The notes: a model not told the origin generated them from the sequence alone. 36,303 nucleotides of DNA from an uncultured Acidimicrobiales bacterium (GCA_937942965.1 CALDGN010000114.1:1-36303); one strand, 5' to 3'; positions 27,201 through 33,319 are shown, counted from the stretch's first letter. A program made the numbers and translations.

Positions 27201-30114
27201 TCGAGAGGGTGACACCAGGGTCGAGGTCGGGCGGCGTCGCCACCTCGACCTGAATCGTGACGGACTGACCGCTGGCCAGCACGGCGGCGGTCGGGGTGCA
27301 GGTGACGTCACCGCCGAGGGCGGCGGCGTCGTGGATGCAGGTGCCATCGCCTGCGGGCACGAAGGTTGCCGAGGTGAAGATGACCTCGGGCGGAAGGCTG
27401 TCGATGATGGATACGGCCGACGCGTCACTTGGTCCGTCGTTGCCCGCGATGATCGTGTAAATGAGCGGTGCGCCCGCCGCGATCGGTTCGACGTTGTCGG
27501 TCTTGGCGATCGTGAGCGCGACCTCGCGTGTGATCTCGACGAGGTGATCATCAGAGGCGCCGACCGCGTCCTCGGTCGCCGTGACCGAAGCGGTGTTGTT
27601 GATCGATTGTGGCGTCGTGTCCGACGGCACCAGCGCAGAGATCGTGACGGTCTGGCTCTCCCCCGCTCCGGGAAGCATGTCGGTGAGTTGGCAGGTGACG
27701 CCTTGTGGCGGCGCCGACAGGGTGCAGCCCGGCGACGAGGTTGCCGCATCGAAGACGAGCGGCAGTGGCAAGTTGTCGGTGATGACCGGAGCGGTCGCAA
27801 CCGATGGGCCGTTGTTCGACACCTCGACGGTGAAGCTGACGATCTCGCCCGCATTGATCGTGGCGGGGCCGGTCTTGTCGATCGCAAGGTCGGCGACTCG
27901 AGCGACCGGGTTGTTCACCGCGGACTGGTTGTTGTTCGGGTTGGTCTCGGGCGTGTCGGTTGTGACGGAGGAAGCATTGTTGAGCTCCGCGCCATCGGCG
28001 AGCGTCGGATCGCTGAGCACATCGATGGTGATGATGACGGTCTCGCCCGCAGCAAGCGTGCCGAGGTCACAGGTAAGGAGCGCGGCACCGGAGCACGTCG
28101 AACCGTTGTTCGGAGTGGCCGACACCAGCGTGACACCCGCGGGGAGCACGTCGGAGACGATCGTGCTTTGACCGGTCGATGGGCCGGTGTTCTGGACGGT
28201 GAGGGTGTAGGTGATCGGCACACCAGCGTTCAGGATCCCGGACGGGCCGGTCTTGACGATCGACACATCGGTCGAGCGGACGATCTCGGTCGTCTCGCTT
28301 GCGTCGTTGTTGGTGTCGTCGGGATCGACGGTGTCGCTCGCAACCGAGGCCGTGTTGGTCACCGTGGTGGCGGCAGCATCGGCATCGACGAGCACGGTGA
28401 TCGCAACCGAGTCGGTGCCGCCCGACGCGAGCGGAGAAGCCAACGTGCAGGTGACATCTTGACCCGCTGCAGAACAGCCAGGTCCGGACACGAAGCTCAG
28501 GCCGGTCGGCAGCGTGTCGGTGACGACAGGATTGACGGCCGGCGAGGGTCCGTCGTTGCGAACCTCGACCGTGTAGACGACCTGGTCGCCAGCGGTGACG
28601 GGGTCGACGTCGTCGGTCTTCGAGACGAGCACGAGTTCTGCTGCGGCAACGACGTCGATATCAGCGGAGCCACTGCCGGTGAACGGGTCGCCGGTCGTGG
28701 CTGAGTCGTAGTCGACGAACGCCTCGTTGGTGATCGTCGAGAACTCGGTGCCCGCGTCAACGGTCACGTCGAAGCTCAATGAGTAGGACTCGCCCACGCC
28801 GAGGGTCCCAAGGTCGAAGATGACTTCGCCGGCGACGATTTCGCCCGCGTCTCCATCGACATCATCGGTCTGCGGACCGGTCGGCAAGGTCGGGTGGCTA
28901 TCGAGCGTCAAGCTGTTGTCGACGTAGGTCGTACCCGCGGGCACGACGTCGGTGAGGACAGAGTTCGCCGCCGGGTCGAGGCCGAGGTTCGACGAGCTGA
29001 CCGTGTAGGTGATGACGTCGCCGGGGACGATGTCGCCACCGTTGACGTCGACGGCGGTCTTTTCGAGATCGGTGTCGAGGTCGGGAACGAAGATGTCGAT
29101 GGCGGTAGCCACGACGCCGACGTAGTACCAGTCGCCGGCCGAGGTGTAGTTGACGGTGGCCGCCGACTGGCTGTTCGCGAGCAGGCCGGTGACGTCAGTG
29201 CGAGCGATGTCGAAGCCGAGCTGGTCGACATAGTTCGGCGACTTGTCGTTGAACAGCGCGCCGTCCTTAGAGATACGACTGTTGAAGAAGTTGCCCGCGG
29301 GGTGGGCACCGTCGCTGAGCACGGACCCTTCGAACAGCATTTGGTCACCGCTGTAGCGCTCGTCGCCTTCGTAGACGACCTGGGTGACCTTGGCGGTCAC
29401 GGGACCGACCACGGGCGTGGTGAACCCGTCGACCGTGATCTCGACCGGGTTGCTTGAGTTGACGCGTGCGAAGCCATCGAAGACGGTCAGGTTGCGGAAC
29501 GGCTGCGTCGTGTCTTCGTAGACCACGATCATCGACCAGCCGGCGTGACGTCCGCCGCCCGTCTCGGCCTGGACGTTTCCGAGGAAGTACTCGCCGTTCC
29601 CGGCCGCTTGCACCTCGGAGGTGGCGTCGTAGAACGCTTGGTAGTTCGCGCCGCCATCACTGTCGACCACTCCTGCGGTCACGGTCTGATAGCTCCCGCC
29701 GGGAACTTGCAAGAGCGCCTGGTTGCGGGCACCGTCGCTGCTTCGGGCACCCCAGTACAAGCCGGCGAAGAGCACGTTCGCACCTGCGGGCAGCGAGAGT
29801 GTCGACGCGGACGAGTTGAAGGTCGAACCATCGACGTCCTGGTCGACGTAGATCATCGAGTAGTTGTTGTTCGCCTGGTTGTTGCCGCTGGTTTGGGTGG
29901 TGGCGCAGTCGCCGCCGGGCGGGCAGGTCAACAAGGTGTTACCGATGAAGTCGATGTCGCCTCGAACGTTGGTGCCGAACCGTTCGGCGGGCGCGTCGTA
30001 AAGCTGGGCGGCGGCTTGGTCAGCGGGGCCAACGAACGTGAGGGTTGCGAGCATCGAGCACGCGAGGAACGCCACGACAGCGGTTCGGATCGTGCGCGAG
30101 GAGAAACTCGGCAT
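15196..30114 (-). CDS. Giant (~4,972 aa) surface protein/adhesin: signal peptide, N-terminal head domain, 36 DUF11 repeats, LAxTG-type cell-wall sorting signal
   Basis: GGAG SD before ATG 30114; signal peptide ending ...QAAA; 36 hand-counted repeats of DL.I.K...G..I.Y/W.I.V.N.GPS.A...V.D.LP; C-terminal LALTG, hydrophobic helix and RRRRR. Confidence 0.92.
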   Translation of the reverse strand: MPSFSSRTIRTAVVAFLACSMLATLTFVGPADQAAAQLYDAPAERFGTNVRGDIDFIGNTLLTCPPGGDCATTQTSGNNQANNNYSMIYVDQDVDGSTFNSSASTLSLPAGANVLFAGLYWGARSSDGARNQALLQVPGGSYQTVTAGVVDSDGGANYQAFYDATSEVQAAGNGEYFLGNVQAETGGGRHAGWSMIVVYEDTTQPFRNLTVFDGFARVNSSNPVEITVDGFTTPVVGPVTAKVTQVVYEGDERYSGDQMLFEGSVLSDGAHPAGNFFNSRISKDGALFNDKSPNYVDQLGFDIARTDVTGLLANSQSAATVNYTSAGDWYYVGVVATAIDIFVPDLDTDLEKTAVDVNGGDIVPGDVITYTVSSSNLGLDPAANSVLTDVVPAGTTYVDNSLTLDSHPTLPTGPQTDDVDGDAGEIVAGEVIFDLGTLGVGESYSLSFDVTVDAGTEFSTITNEAFVDYDSATTGDPFTGSGSADIDVVAAAELVLVSKTDDVDPVTAGDQVVYTVEVRNDGPSPAVNPVVTDTLPTGLSFVSGPGCSAAGQDVTCTLASPLASGGTDSVAITVLVDADAAATTVTNTASVASDTVDPDDTNNDASETTEIVRSTDVSIVKTGPSGILNAGVPITYTLTVQNTGPSTGQSTIVSDVLPAGVTLVSATPNNGSTCSGAALLTCDLGTLAAGETVIITIDVLSDPTLADGAELNNASSVTTDTPETNPNNNQSAVNNPVARVADLAIDKTGPATINAGEIVSFTVEVSNNGPSVATAPVITDNLPLPLVFDAATSSPGCTLSAPPQGVTCQLTDMLPGAGESQTVTISALVPSDTTPQSINNTASVTATEDAVGASDDHLVEITREVALTIAKTDNVEPIAAGAPLIYTIIAGNDGPSDASAVSIIDSLPPEVIFTSATFVPAGDGTCIHDAAALGGDVTCTPTAAVLASGQSVTIQVEVATPPDLDPGVTLSNTATVTATEDPVGATAVETTNSINEVNLSIGKIVTPSPVRAGEDVTYTVTFLNEGPSDADNAQIVDTLPAEVSHVSSTSPDGVCSHDGSLAGGDVTCTFGTIAPNQTVTVTIVATVDASTPDDSLATNTVSGTADAATEVTGDAVVNVQREADLAIVKTVAPDPVVAGQNLTYTLTVDNLGPSDATTAAVLDPLPAGLTVVSLPAGCTDAAGTITCDLGIIEASTTEILTIEVTVDASVQPGIDLLPNTATVSADEPDPDPGNNESTVPVDVTADVGLSLTKVDNVDPVTAGELVIYTLEAGNAGPSDADGVTITDTPPAGLTFDPLNSSANCVDNAGTIECDLGLIAPGGTDSVNLAFTVDAAAPDGTVTNSATVTSDEDAVGVAATEDTTIERRADTAVVKTASPEPVVPGTPITYTFVVSNNGPSTAANTQLVDVLPSSLAFVSVDDANCSHDGALAGGTLTCTLGDLAPDAEVTIVVEADVDDATTASIANTATVSSDTADPNTDNDSSTTDTPVTPQADVSITKTDLADPVVAGQSIGWTLQVDNAGPSASANTIVTDTLPAQVSFSSASGASCTHDGAAFGGLLTCDLATLGAGEGVTITINGTVDAETTSVFAVNEASVTTDTTDTDPANNDANESTAIEADANLSLSKTATPNPVVAGEQVTYTITISNSGPSAAQAVNVNDALPTGVRYNSTTVISGPATCNHDGAADGGTLACGYGTMSPGETRTVEVLVDVLPNATGTVTNNAVASSPTDPTPPSASAPVTVNTSADLVMTEKTHDVNPAIAGQGLVWTIAIRNDGPSDAVNAEITDLLPSGVTYDDAGSTAACSEAAGTVTCPVGTLAPGETASVEIAVVVDPGELGPIDNTASTSSSTTDPDPGNNSESESTTIEQQSQVSLVKTSSPDPVVAGEQITYTIVAENGGPSIAANAVLTDPLPTGTEFVSAPGCTEAAGLVTCALGDLAVDVPVTVTITVDTDPALFDGSAIVNVASIDWDGNGDPVNAPTSTDVIREADLAITKVDRENEVAAGTDIVWDLTVTNNGSSDATNVVVTDTLPPDTTFNAAASSAECSAAGVVVTCLLPAVTVDTPGALVIAATVDSLVAPGTVLTNEASVSADETDPISGNNTDTEDTVITQVNDLAIAKSATPEPVVAGEQVTWTITVSNNGPSNATNITIQDQLPAGVTFAGGEFTCNDLPNGAPAALVTCTIPGVAAGDSVDLTIVGDIDANLVGGDTFENSVAITGYDGTDPNLDNNDAIAPSTIDRNAGLMLTKSAAPASVVAGEDITWTLTLTNDGPSSASSVTLTDALPAGVTFVSLDVVSGVADCAEAAGTINCDVGTAPTRSLNVGDTVVVEVVATTDADLADGASIDNTANAASPDDADGAEGASSTPVTRSADVSVTKTALPDPVVAGETVDYLITVENAGPSEATNVVVNDTLPAGVTWASGDCTPNGQTVECSAGTIAADGSAVFSFTANVAFDLADGAQVTNNAVVTATETDPNPDNDDDSATSNIDREADLSIVKDDGDATVTAGEIVSYTMTVANAGPSQASGIEVTDAVPANTTFDVDASTPGCSVAAGIVTCPVAGPIDPGDDGSVIIAFVVDDDLAPGSTITNTASVAGNETDPVTGNDTDGDTTPVVTSADVSIIKDSVETTAVAGSTLTWTLAVTNAGPSQAADVQVTDSLPAGLTVLNVDRAECDNSVSCTFPTLDVGETIDIAIETAVDSNQTDALFNDASVTSSTPDPDPTDNISPEVEVPVGLVADLVIEKSSAPDPVVPGAPITYTIVVTNNGPSDVVGASMTDTTPPEVVEPTASCAVDVADGTCVETTIFPETSFAIDLVAGASATITIEGTVDPAAVAGFVNTANVTAPVGVTDPDLTNNTDDDGDPGTPSVVTDLRVVKTSTPDPATAGEAISYEIVVTNDGPSRAVGASITDPLPDAVLSPSLSCTVAPEDGTCSAALNGSVIEGVFSLDPGASLTIAVDGTVDASATGTLSNTATVVPGPNASDPTPGNNSSTDTNPLDTEADLSVTKTADAARVTAGETISWTVVVGNAGPSMAVDVEVTDTLPAGLTLVSEPANCTNGVCDIDAIDPGEMVELAFETLVAADVTGSITNAVTVTSATTDPVPANNNDETPAVPVDVITDLSIVKTSAPDPLISGESITYTLVVANEGPSDAVGAVVSDPVPAAVLGATATCALVPAGTSCTIDSSDPAEATLDIPVGSSVRVQVTGTIDPAFEGALTNTASVAPGPGATDPDDGDDTSTNVNPSLGEADLSITKTSTPDPIVAGEGITYELVVTNGGPSSVSGAVVRDVLPAEVSGAAATCAAVAPNTCSAAAVAGVVDASVSLAPGASATITIDGTVAADATGTLTNTATVEPPAGVTDPNPANDEATDEATLTAIADVYVTKSANASVAVAGENVSWTITVGNNGPSTATDIVVTDSLPAGLTLVAEPANCADGVCSIASLAPGQEVEIVLETAIDSDITDPITNQVVVEAATPDPEPGNDADSTDPLPIDVVTDLALVKTSAPDPLVAGEEIVYTIVVTNNGPSDSIGATVTDDVPEDVLGAIARCADVVAAAACTVDSQDPAAFTLDIPAGVSVSVEIAGTIDPASDGSLENTASVAAGPNDTDPTPGNNTDTNINPSIGEADLSIVKTSTPAPVVAGEGITYEIVVTNSGPSAVSGATVTDVLPSEISGVSVSCAAVAPDTCSATADAGVVDAMLSLAPGASATITVDGTVDPSLTGTLTNTATVEPPAGVTDPNPDNDESTDETTVTAIADVYVTKSADAATVTAGETLSWTITVGNNGPSTATDVVVSDALPAGVTLVSEPANCTDGVCSVASLAPGQELEIVLETAVAPSVTDPITNQVTVVAATPDPDSGNDVDATDPVPVDVVTDLALIKTSAPDPLVAGEEIIYTLVVTNNGPSDSVSASVIDAVPADVLGAVARCVDVVASAACTVVSSDPAEFTLDIPSGASVTIEIAGTIDPASDGSLENTATVTPGPNDTDPTLANNSDTNVNPSVGEADLSITKTVIGDVVAGETVTYEIVVTNDGPSLADGAIVTDVLPAALSDASASCAVAAPDTCSADVVAQTVTATVALAPGASATITVEALLDDAATGTLANTATVEPPIGVTDPDLTDDSATDETPVTLSADLSVRKNALADSVVAGETLSWRVTVANAGPSTATGIEVTDTLPAGVTLVAEPANCTDGVCSIASLAPGQEIDLVFETLVDSSTTGSLVNEASVTADTPDPDLTNDSTATEPVPVTLVTDLALAKSSTPDPLISGEAIVYTIAVTNNGPSDAVGATVTDPVPAAVLDAIASCADVAAGAACSVDGSDPAAFTLDIPAGSTVSVQVAGTIDPAFDGALENTATVVVGPGATDPAPGNNSDTNVNPSLGETDLTVTKSSSPDVLVPGEAVTYTVTVTNDGPSQANGVRVLDLVPAAVLAPSASCATDAPNACTTEVNGAEVTASADLAPGASATITISGTIDPTVAGDITNTATVTPPTGFTDPDLTGNTATDVAPTAPSADLVVEKRPAVTEVLGGDTMTWTVVVRNDGPSDAVGVELTDALPAGLSLSDEPELCSGGVCQLGTIAAGTSVALEFETVVDGNAPSPLVNRATATSPTDDPDPTNNEGTSVEVPVIRSTDLSVTKTSAPNPATAGQPIVYTITVTNDGPSDAVGATIIDTIPEAITDVSVACGALPAAGACAVEIVDGQVLGTVDLASGTSVTIVLDATVRSSATDGVANTVQVEPGPNAVDPAPGDNTAIDTNATLGEVDLAIDVTVSDEVPEVGDTISWELVITNNGPSDVSNAQVFDQLPEGVSQVSWVCGEIVGLAGCGDGDGDGGLDLSLDLTAGSSITIVVNAVVTSPDAELTYVVSVTPPAGIIDVAPADNEDEVTVVTPPPLTPAVPRAVPLEFPNITNAPDTDAPPNPQVADEAPPTSLALTGGQANLAIAISSLFFLAGGALVINDRRRRRDDEVS
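15440..29085 (-). repeat. Tandem array of 36 DUF11 domains of ~125 aa; the C-terminal half forms a three-domain super-repeat of ~1134 nt
   Basis: Homologous ADVYVTKS codons at ~18821 and ~19955 are 1134 nt apart; domain subtypes recur in a W / YT / YE order. Confidence 0.85.
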
Positions 30115-30175
30115 TGGGGGCTCCCTGGTGTGGTCGTGCAGGGTTGCAATTGCATGGCGCGAGGAGGGTCGCAAA

Positions 30176-30200
30176 TGTTGACAAAGTCAACAAAAGTCAA
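30176..30200. promoter_or_regulatory. Palindromic operator candidate upstream of the giant surface protein
   Basis: TGTTGAC-AAA-GTCAACA perfect inverted repeat plus a second AAAGTCAA half-site 10 nt further on; AT-rich island. Confidence 0.6.
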
Positions 30201-30327
30201 GAGTAGTGCGCAGTGAGCCCGCTATTCGGATTCTGCAACATCCGTCTCAACCACACACAGTGTGCACATGAGCGCGCAGAATGACCACATCTTGGGGAAG
30301 TTTGCTTAGGCGGCGTCGCCTGTTGTC

Positions 30328-32586
30328 CTAGTTCTTGGCCGCCACCATCTGCTCGGGGCGCCCGGCGATCACACCGTCAGCACCACGCCCGATCAGCTCG
30401 CGATAGAACGCTTCGTTCTCTTGCGACGCAGCGTCGTCGGGCCATACCCAGACCTCGAGACCTTGCTCGTGGGCGGTCGCGATCCGCTCCGCCGTCGCGA
30501 CCTCGAGGCCTTGCGCAAACGGCGGGATCTGCACGATGCGGAAATGCTCTTCGAGTTCGGTGCCGAGCAGCACCCATTCCGTCAGCCGGTCGAGACCGGG
30601 ACTCACGTCGACGGTCGGCGCCAGTTCGTGGAAGCGGTCGACGATGCCGTCATCGAACGACACAACCACGGTCGAGTCGAGGCGACCGAGATCGGTGAGC
30701 TCGACAGCGAGCGCCTCAGCCACGGCAAGTGCTTGGTCACCCTCGCCCTTGATCTCGATGTCGAGTGGGAGCGCAGGGAATCGCTCTGCGACCTCGCGCA
30801 GCGTTGCGACCGAGAAGTCATCAGCTGAGTAGCCGTTCGGTGGTTCCTTGTCGCCGGTGCGGACACCTCGCCACAGGTAGTCGGCATCGGGGAGGTCCCG
30901 GCATGGCCAACACGCAGGCGAGAACCAGTACGCATTGTCGAGCTGGTCCAGTTCCTCGTACGTCAGATCTGCGATCAGCCCAGTGCTATTCGTCGTGCCG
31001 TCAACGGTGAGGTCGTGCTGCACGACGACGACGCCATCAGCGGTGGTCAACACGTCGAGTTCGAGGACGTCAACGCCCGCGGCGACCGCTTCGCCGTAGG
31101 CGAACAGGGTCGAGTGCGGCGCGGCTTGATCGCCACCGGCGTGCGCGATCGCGAGCACGTCGTCGCGGGCCAGCAGGTCATCGATCGAGGCGGCTTCGCC
31201 TTGGCCGGACTCGGTACACCCATCGACGGCTGGCTCACCGGCAAAGCGCCCGTTGAAGAACCGAAGCAGATCCGGAATGGCCGCCCCGGTCGTCAGCACG
31301 CCTGCGTGGCTCTGCCCGGGATAGACGATGCGCTCGGTCGCTGCCTGATCATCGAATGCACAGAGCTGCGAGAAGAGGGTCGCCGACGTTTCAACCGGGA
31401 TCTGCTCGTCCTCGCCGCCGTGGATGATCAGCAGCGGCTGGAGCACGGGCAACTGATTCGTGTCCTGGGCTTCGATGGCGGGACCCCACGTCGGCAGGGC
31501 GAATGGATCATCGACCTTGGTGATCTCTTCGTACGCCAGGCCGTTGTAGACGTCGAAGATCTCGCCGGTGCAGCCGGTCTCGACCACGTCGAGCTGGGCG
31601 AGCGCCGAGTCGGTGAAGACCTCGCTCAAGTCGATATCGGGATACGCAGCGGCGAGGCCAGCTGACGTCATCACCAGGTAGCCCTGGAAGTCACCGCCGA
31701 CCAGCGAGTCGCCCAGGTCGCTCATCTGCGACGGCGGTGCGCCAGCGACGGTGCCGATGAGTTCGAGCTCTGGCGCATAGGTCGGTTGCAGCTGCGCGGT
31801 GAACATCGCCGCATGCCCGCCTTGAGAGTGACCGAACGCGATCCATTCGGTCGTCACGGGAAGATCCATCTGTTGGACGGCCCGCACTGAGTCGAGCACC
31901 GAGTGCGCTTCGCTGGCACCAACGACGTAGGGATGCGTGCCGGGCGTGCCGAGACCCTCGTAGTCAGTGGCCACGACGGCGAAGCCGAAGCTGGTGAGGG
32001 CGTCGGCGAGCTGGTCGCCTTCGGCATTGATGCTGGGCGCACACGTGTCACCGAGACCCGTCGTGCCGTGGGCCCAGGCGATGAGGGGCCAGCCCCCGGC
32101 CGGCGCTTCGCCGGCGGGAAGGCGAACGAACCCGGACACGGCGACGTTGTCGCCGATCGCGGAGGTCGAGTGATAGAGGATGCGGGCACCTTCACCCGTG
32201 TCGAGAGCGAGCGGTTCGACATCGATCAGCTCACCAGGCGCTCCTGCCGGGAGCGGCTGAGGGACTTCGAGCTCGCCGGGCGCGTCGTAGGAAGCGGCGC
32301 TCGTCGAGCCGTCACTGGAACTGCTCTCGTCGGCCACATCGGAGTCGGTGTCGCTCGACACATCTGCGCTCTCGTCCGATGCGCTCGCTGCCTCTTCGGA
32401 AGTGGCGTCCTCGGTACCAGCTTCGGTCGCTTCGTCGGCGACTTCTTCCGCAGTGGCTTCGGGGTCCGCCACGGGCTCGGAAGTTTCGCCGCTCGAGCCG
32501 CACGCGGCGGTGAACAGTACGACGGCGAGCACGAGCCAACCGGCTCGAGTCACGGTCAAGAAGCGAGCGCCCAGGGGATGCGACAT
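30328..32586 (-). CDS. Lipoprotein: secretory lipase (alpha/beta hydrolase) fused to a glycerophosphodiester phosphodiesterase-like domain
   Basis: Lipobox-like FTAAC and acidic linker; AWAHGTTG, CAPS, TDYEGLG, GHSQGG, HGGEDEQIP; then IAHAGG, LELDV, VVQHD, DIEIKG, VVSF. TAGCTT -10 lies 6 nt before the ATG. Confidence 0.88.
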   Translation of the reverse strand: MSHPLGARFLTVTRAGWLVLAVVLFTAACGSSGETSEPVADPEATAEEVADEATEAGTEDATSEEAASASDESADVSSDTDSDVADESSSSDGSTSAASYDAPGELEVPQPLPAGAPGELIDVEPLALDTGEGARILYHSTSAIGDNVAVSGFVRLPAGEAPAGGWPLIAWAHGTTGLGDTCAPSINAEGDQLADALTSFGFAVVATDYEGLGTPGTHPYVVGASEAHSVLDSVRAVQQMDLPVTTEWIAFGHSQGGHAAMFTAQLQPTYAPELELIGTVAGAPPSQMSDLGDSLVGGDFQGYLVMTSAGLAAAYPDIDLSEVFTDSALAQLDVVETGCTGEIFDVYNGLAYEEITKVDDPFALPTWGPAIEAQDTNQLPVLQPLLIIHGGEDEQIPVETSATLFSQLCAFDDQAATERIVYPGQSHAGVLTTGAAIPDLLRFFNGRFAGEPAVDGCTESGQGEAASIDDLLARDDVLAIAHAGGDQAAPHSTLFAYGEAVAAGVDVLELDVLTTADGVVVVQHDLTVDGTTNSTGLIADLTYEELDQLDNAYWFSPACWPCRDLPDADYLWRGVRTGDKEPPNGYSADDFSVATLREVAERFPALPLDIEIKGEGDQALAVAEALAVELTDLGRLDSTVVVSFDDGIVDRFHELAPTVDVSPGLDRLTEWVLLGTELEEHFRIVQIPPFAQGLEVATAERIATAHEQGLEVWVWPDDAASQENEAFYRELIGRGADGVIAGRPEQMVAAKN

Positions 32587-32630
32587 GCCCCGAAGCTAGC
32601 CCCGTATTGCGGAACGATGACGATCGGTGC

Positions 32631-32800
32631 AACGGGGAAGATGCGCTGGCGCCCCCGGGTTTCCCTTGCCTAACGAGCCCGTTTCTTGCCGGTGGTTCCC
32701 CTCCCTCTGTCATCGGCTGGAAACGGCGCCTCGTGCTCGGCCCACCCGACAACGTTCTGGGGCACCCGGTCCATGGCAGAGGGTCCGGGTGCCTCAACTA
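32631..32800 (+). ncRNA. Candidate structured small RNA: long interrupted hairpin with central bubble and C-rich apical loop, followed by a terminator-like hairpin
   Basis: Nested stems GCCCC/GGGGC, GCC/GGC, ACGAG/CTCGT, CCGTTTCT/GGAAACGG and GCCGGTGG/TCATCGGC with G-U pairs on the + strand; 3' hairpin GGCACCCGG/CCGGGTGCC. Ends approximate. Confidence 0.55.
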
Positions 32801-32825
32801 TTTGGCCAGCACCTTGGCGCTGCGC

Positions 32826-33296
32826 CTAGGACGCGTCGCGGTGGAGCGCGGCCCGCAGATGGTGGGTCAGCGGTTCGCCGACCGCTGCCATCGACACCGT
32901 GTACGCGAGCGCGTCGTCGGTGACTTCGATGGAGCGGACGACATCGGTAACCGACTTCGCCGCGGGTGTCGTATGCACGGCATGCAGCGTGAGATCGAGG
33001 CGGGTTCCAGCGACGCGTCCGCCATGCAGCTCGACGATGCCCGACGGCTGCGACAGCACGAACTCGATGCGCTCCTCGCCGATCGCACGGATGTAGCCCG
33101 TCTCCGCATGCAACGGCTGGCCGGTTTCTGCATGCCGGGTCTTCTGCGAATACGCGAGGAACGGCTTGCCGACGTGACCGAAGGTGACCTCTTCGAGATA
33201 GGTGAACGACTCGATGGTCGGGTACTCGCCCTCGCCCTGCCCTCGCCAGGTGCCGAGTAGAAAGGCGAGCGGGGCGCAGTCCTCATGCAGGTCCAT
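32826..33296 (-). CDS. Nitrobindin / FABP-like beta-barrel heme-binding protein
   Basis: PLAFLLGTWRGQGEGEYPTI, YLEEVTFGHVGKPFLAYSQ, PLHAETGY and C-terminal HLRAALHR with the heme His. Confidence 0.92.
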   Translation of the reverse strand: MDLHEDCAPLAFLLGTWRGQGEGEYPTIESFTYLEEVTFGHVGKPFLAYSQKTRHAETGQPLHAETGYIRAIGEERIEFVLSQPSGIVELHGGRVAGTRLDLTLHAVHTTPAAKSVTDVVRSIEVTDDALAYTVSMAAVGEPLTHHLRAALHRDAS

Positions 33297-33319
33297 CCCG
33301 CAATGATGGCCCGAAAATC

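Noticed and set aside
25837-28704. 955-aa + strand ORF and many other ORFs antisense to the giant gene
   Set aside because: Shadow ORFs from high-GC codon bias of the real minus-strand gene; R/G/D/V-rich with no motifs.
15440-29085. Repeats as a CRISPR array or mobile element
   Set aside because: They are degenerate, in-frame protein-domain repeats with no constant repeat-spacer pattern, cas gene or transposase.
32607-33260. 217-aa + strand ORF across the candidate sRNA
   Set aside because: Mostly antisense to nitrobindin, with no recognisable domain or ribosome-binding site.
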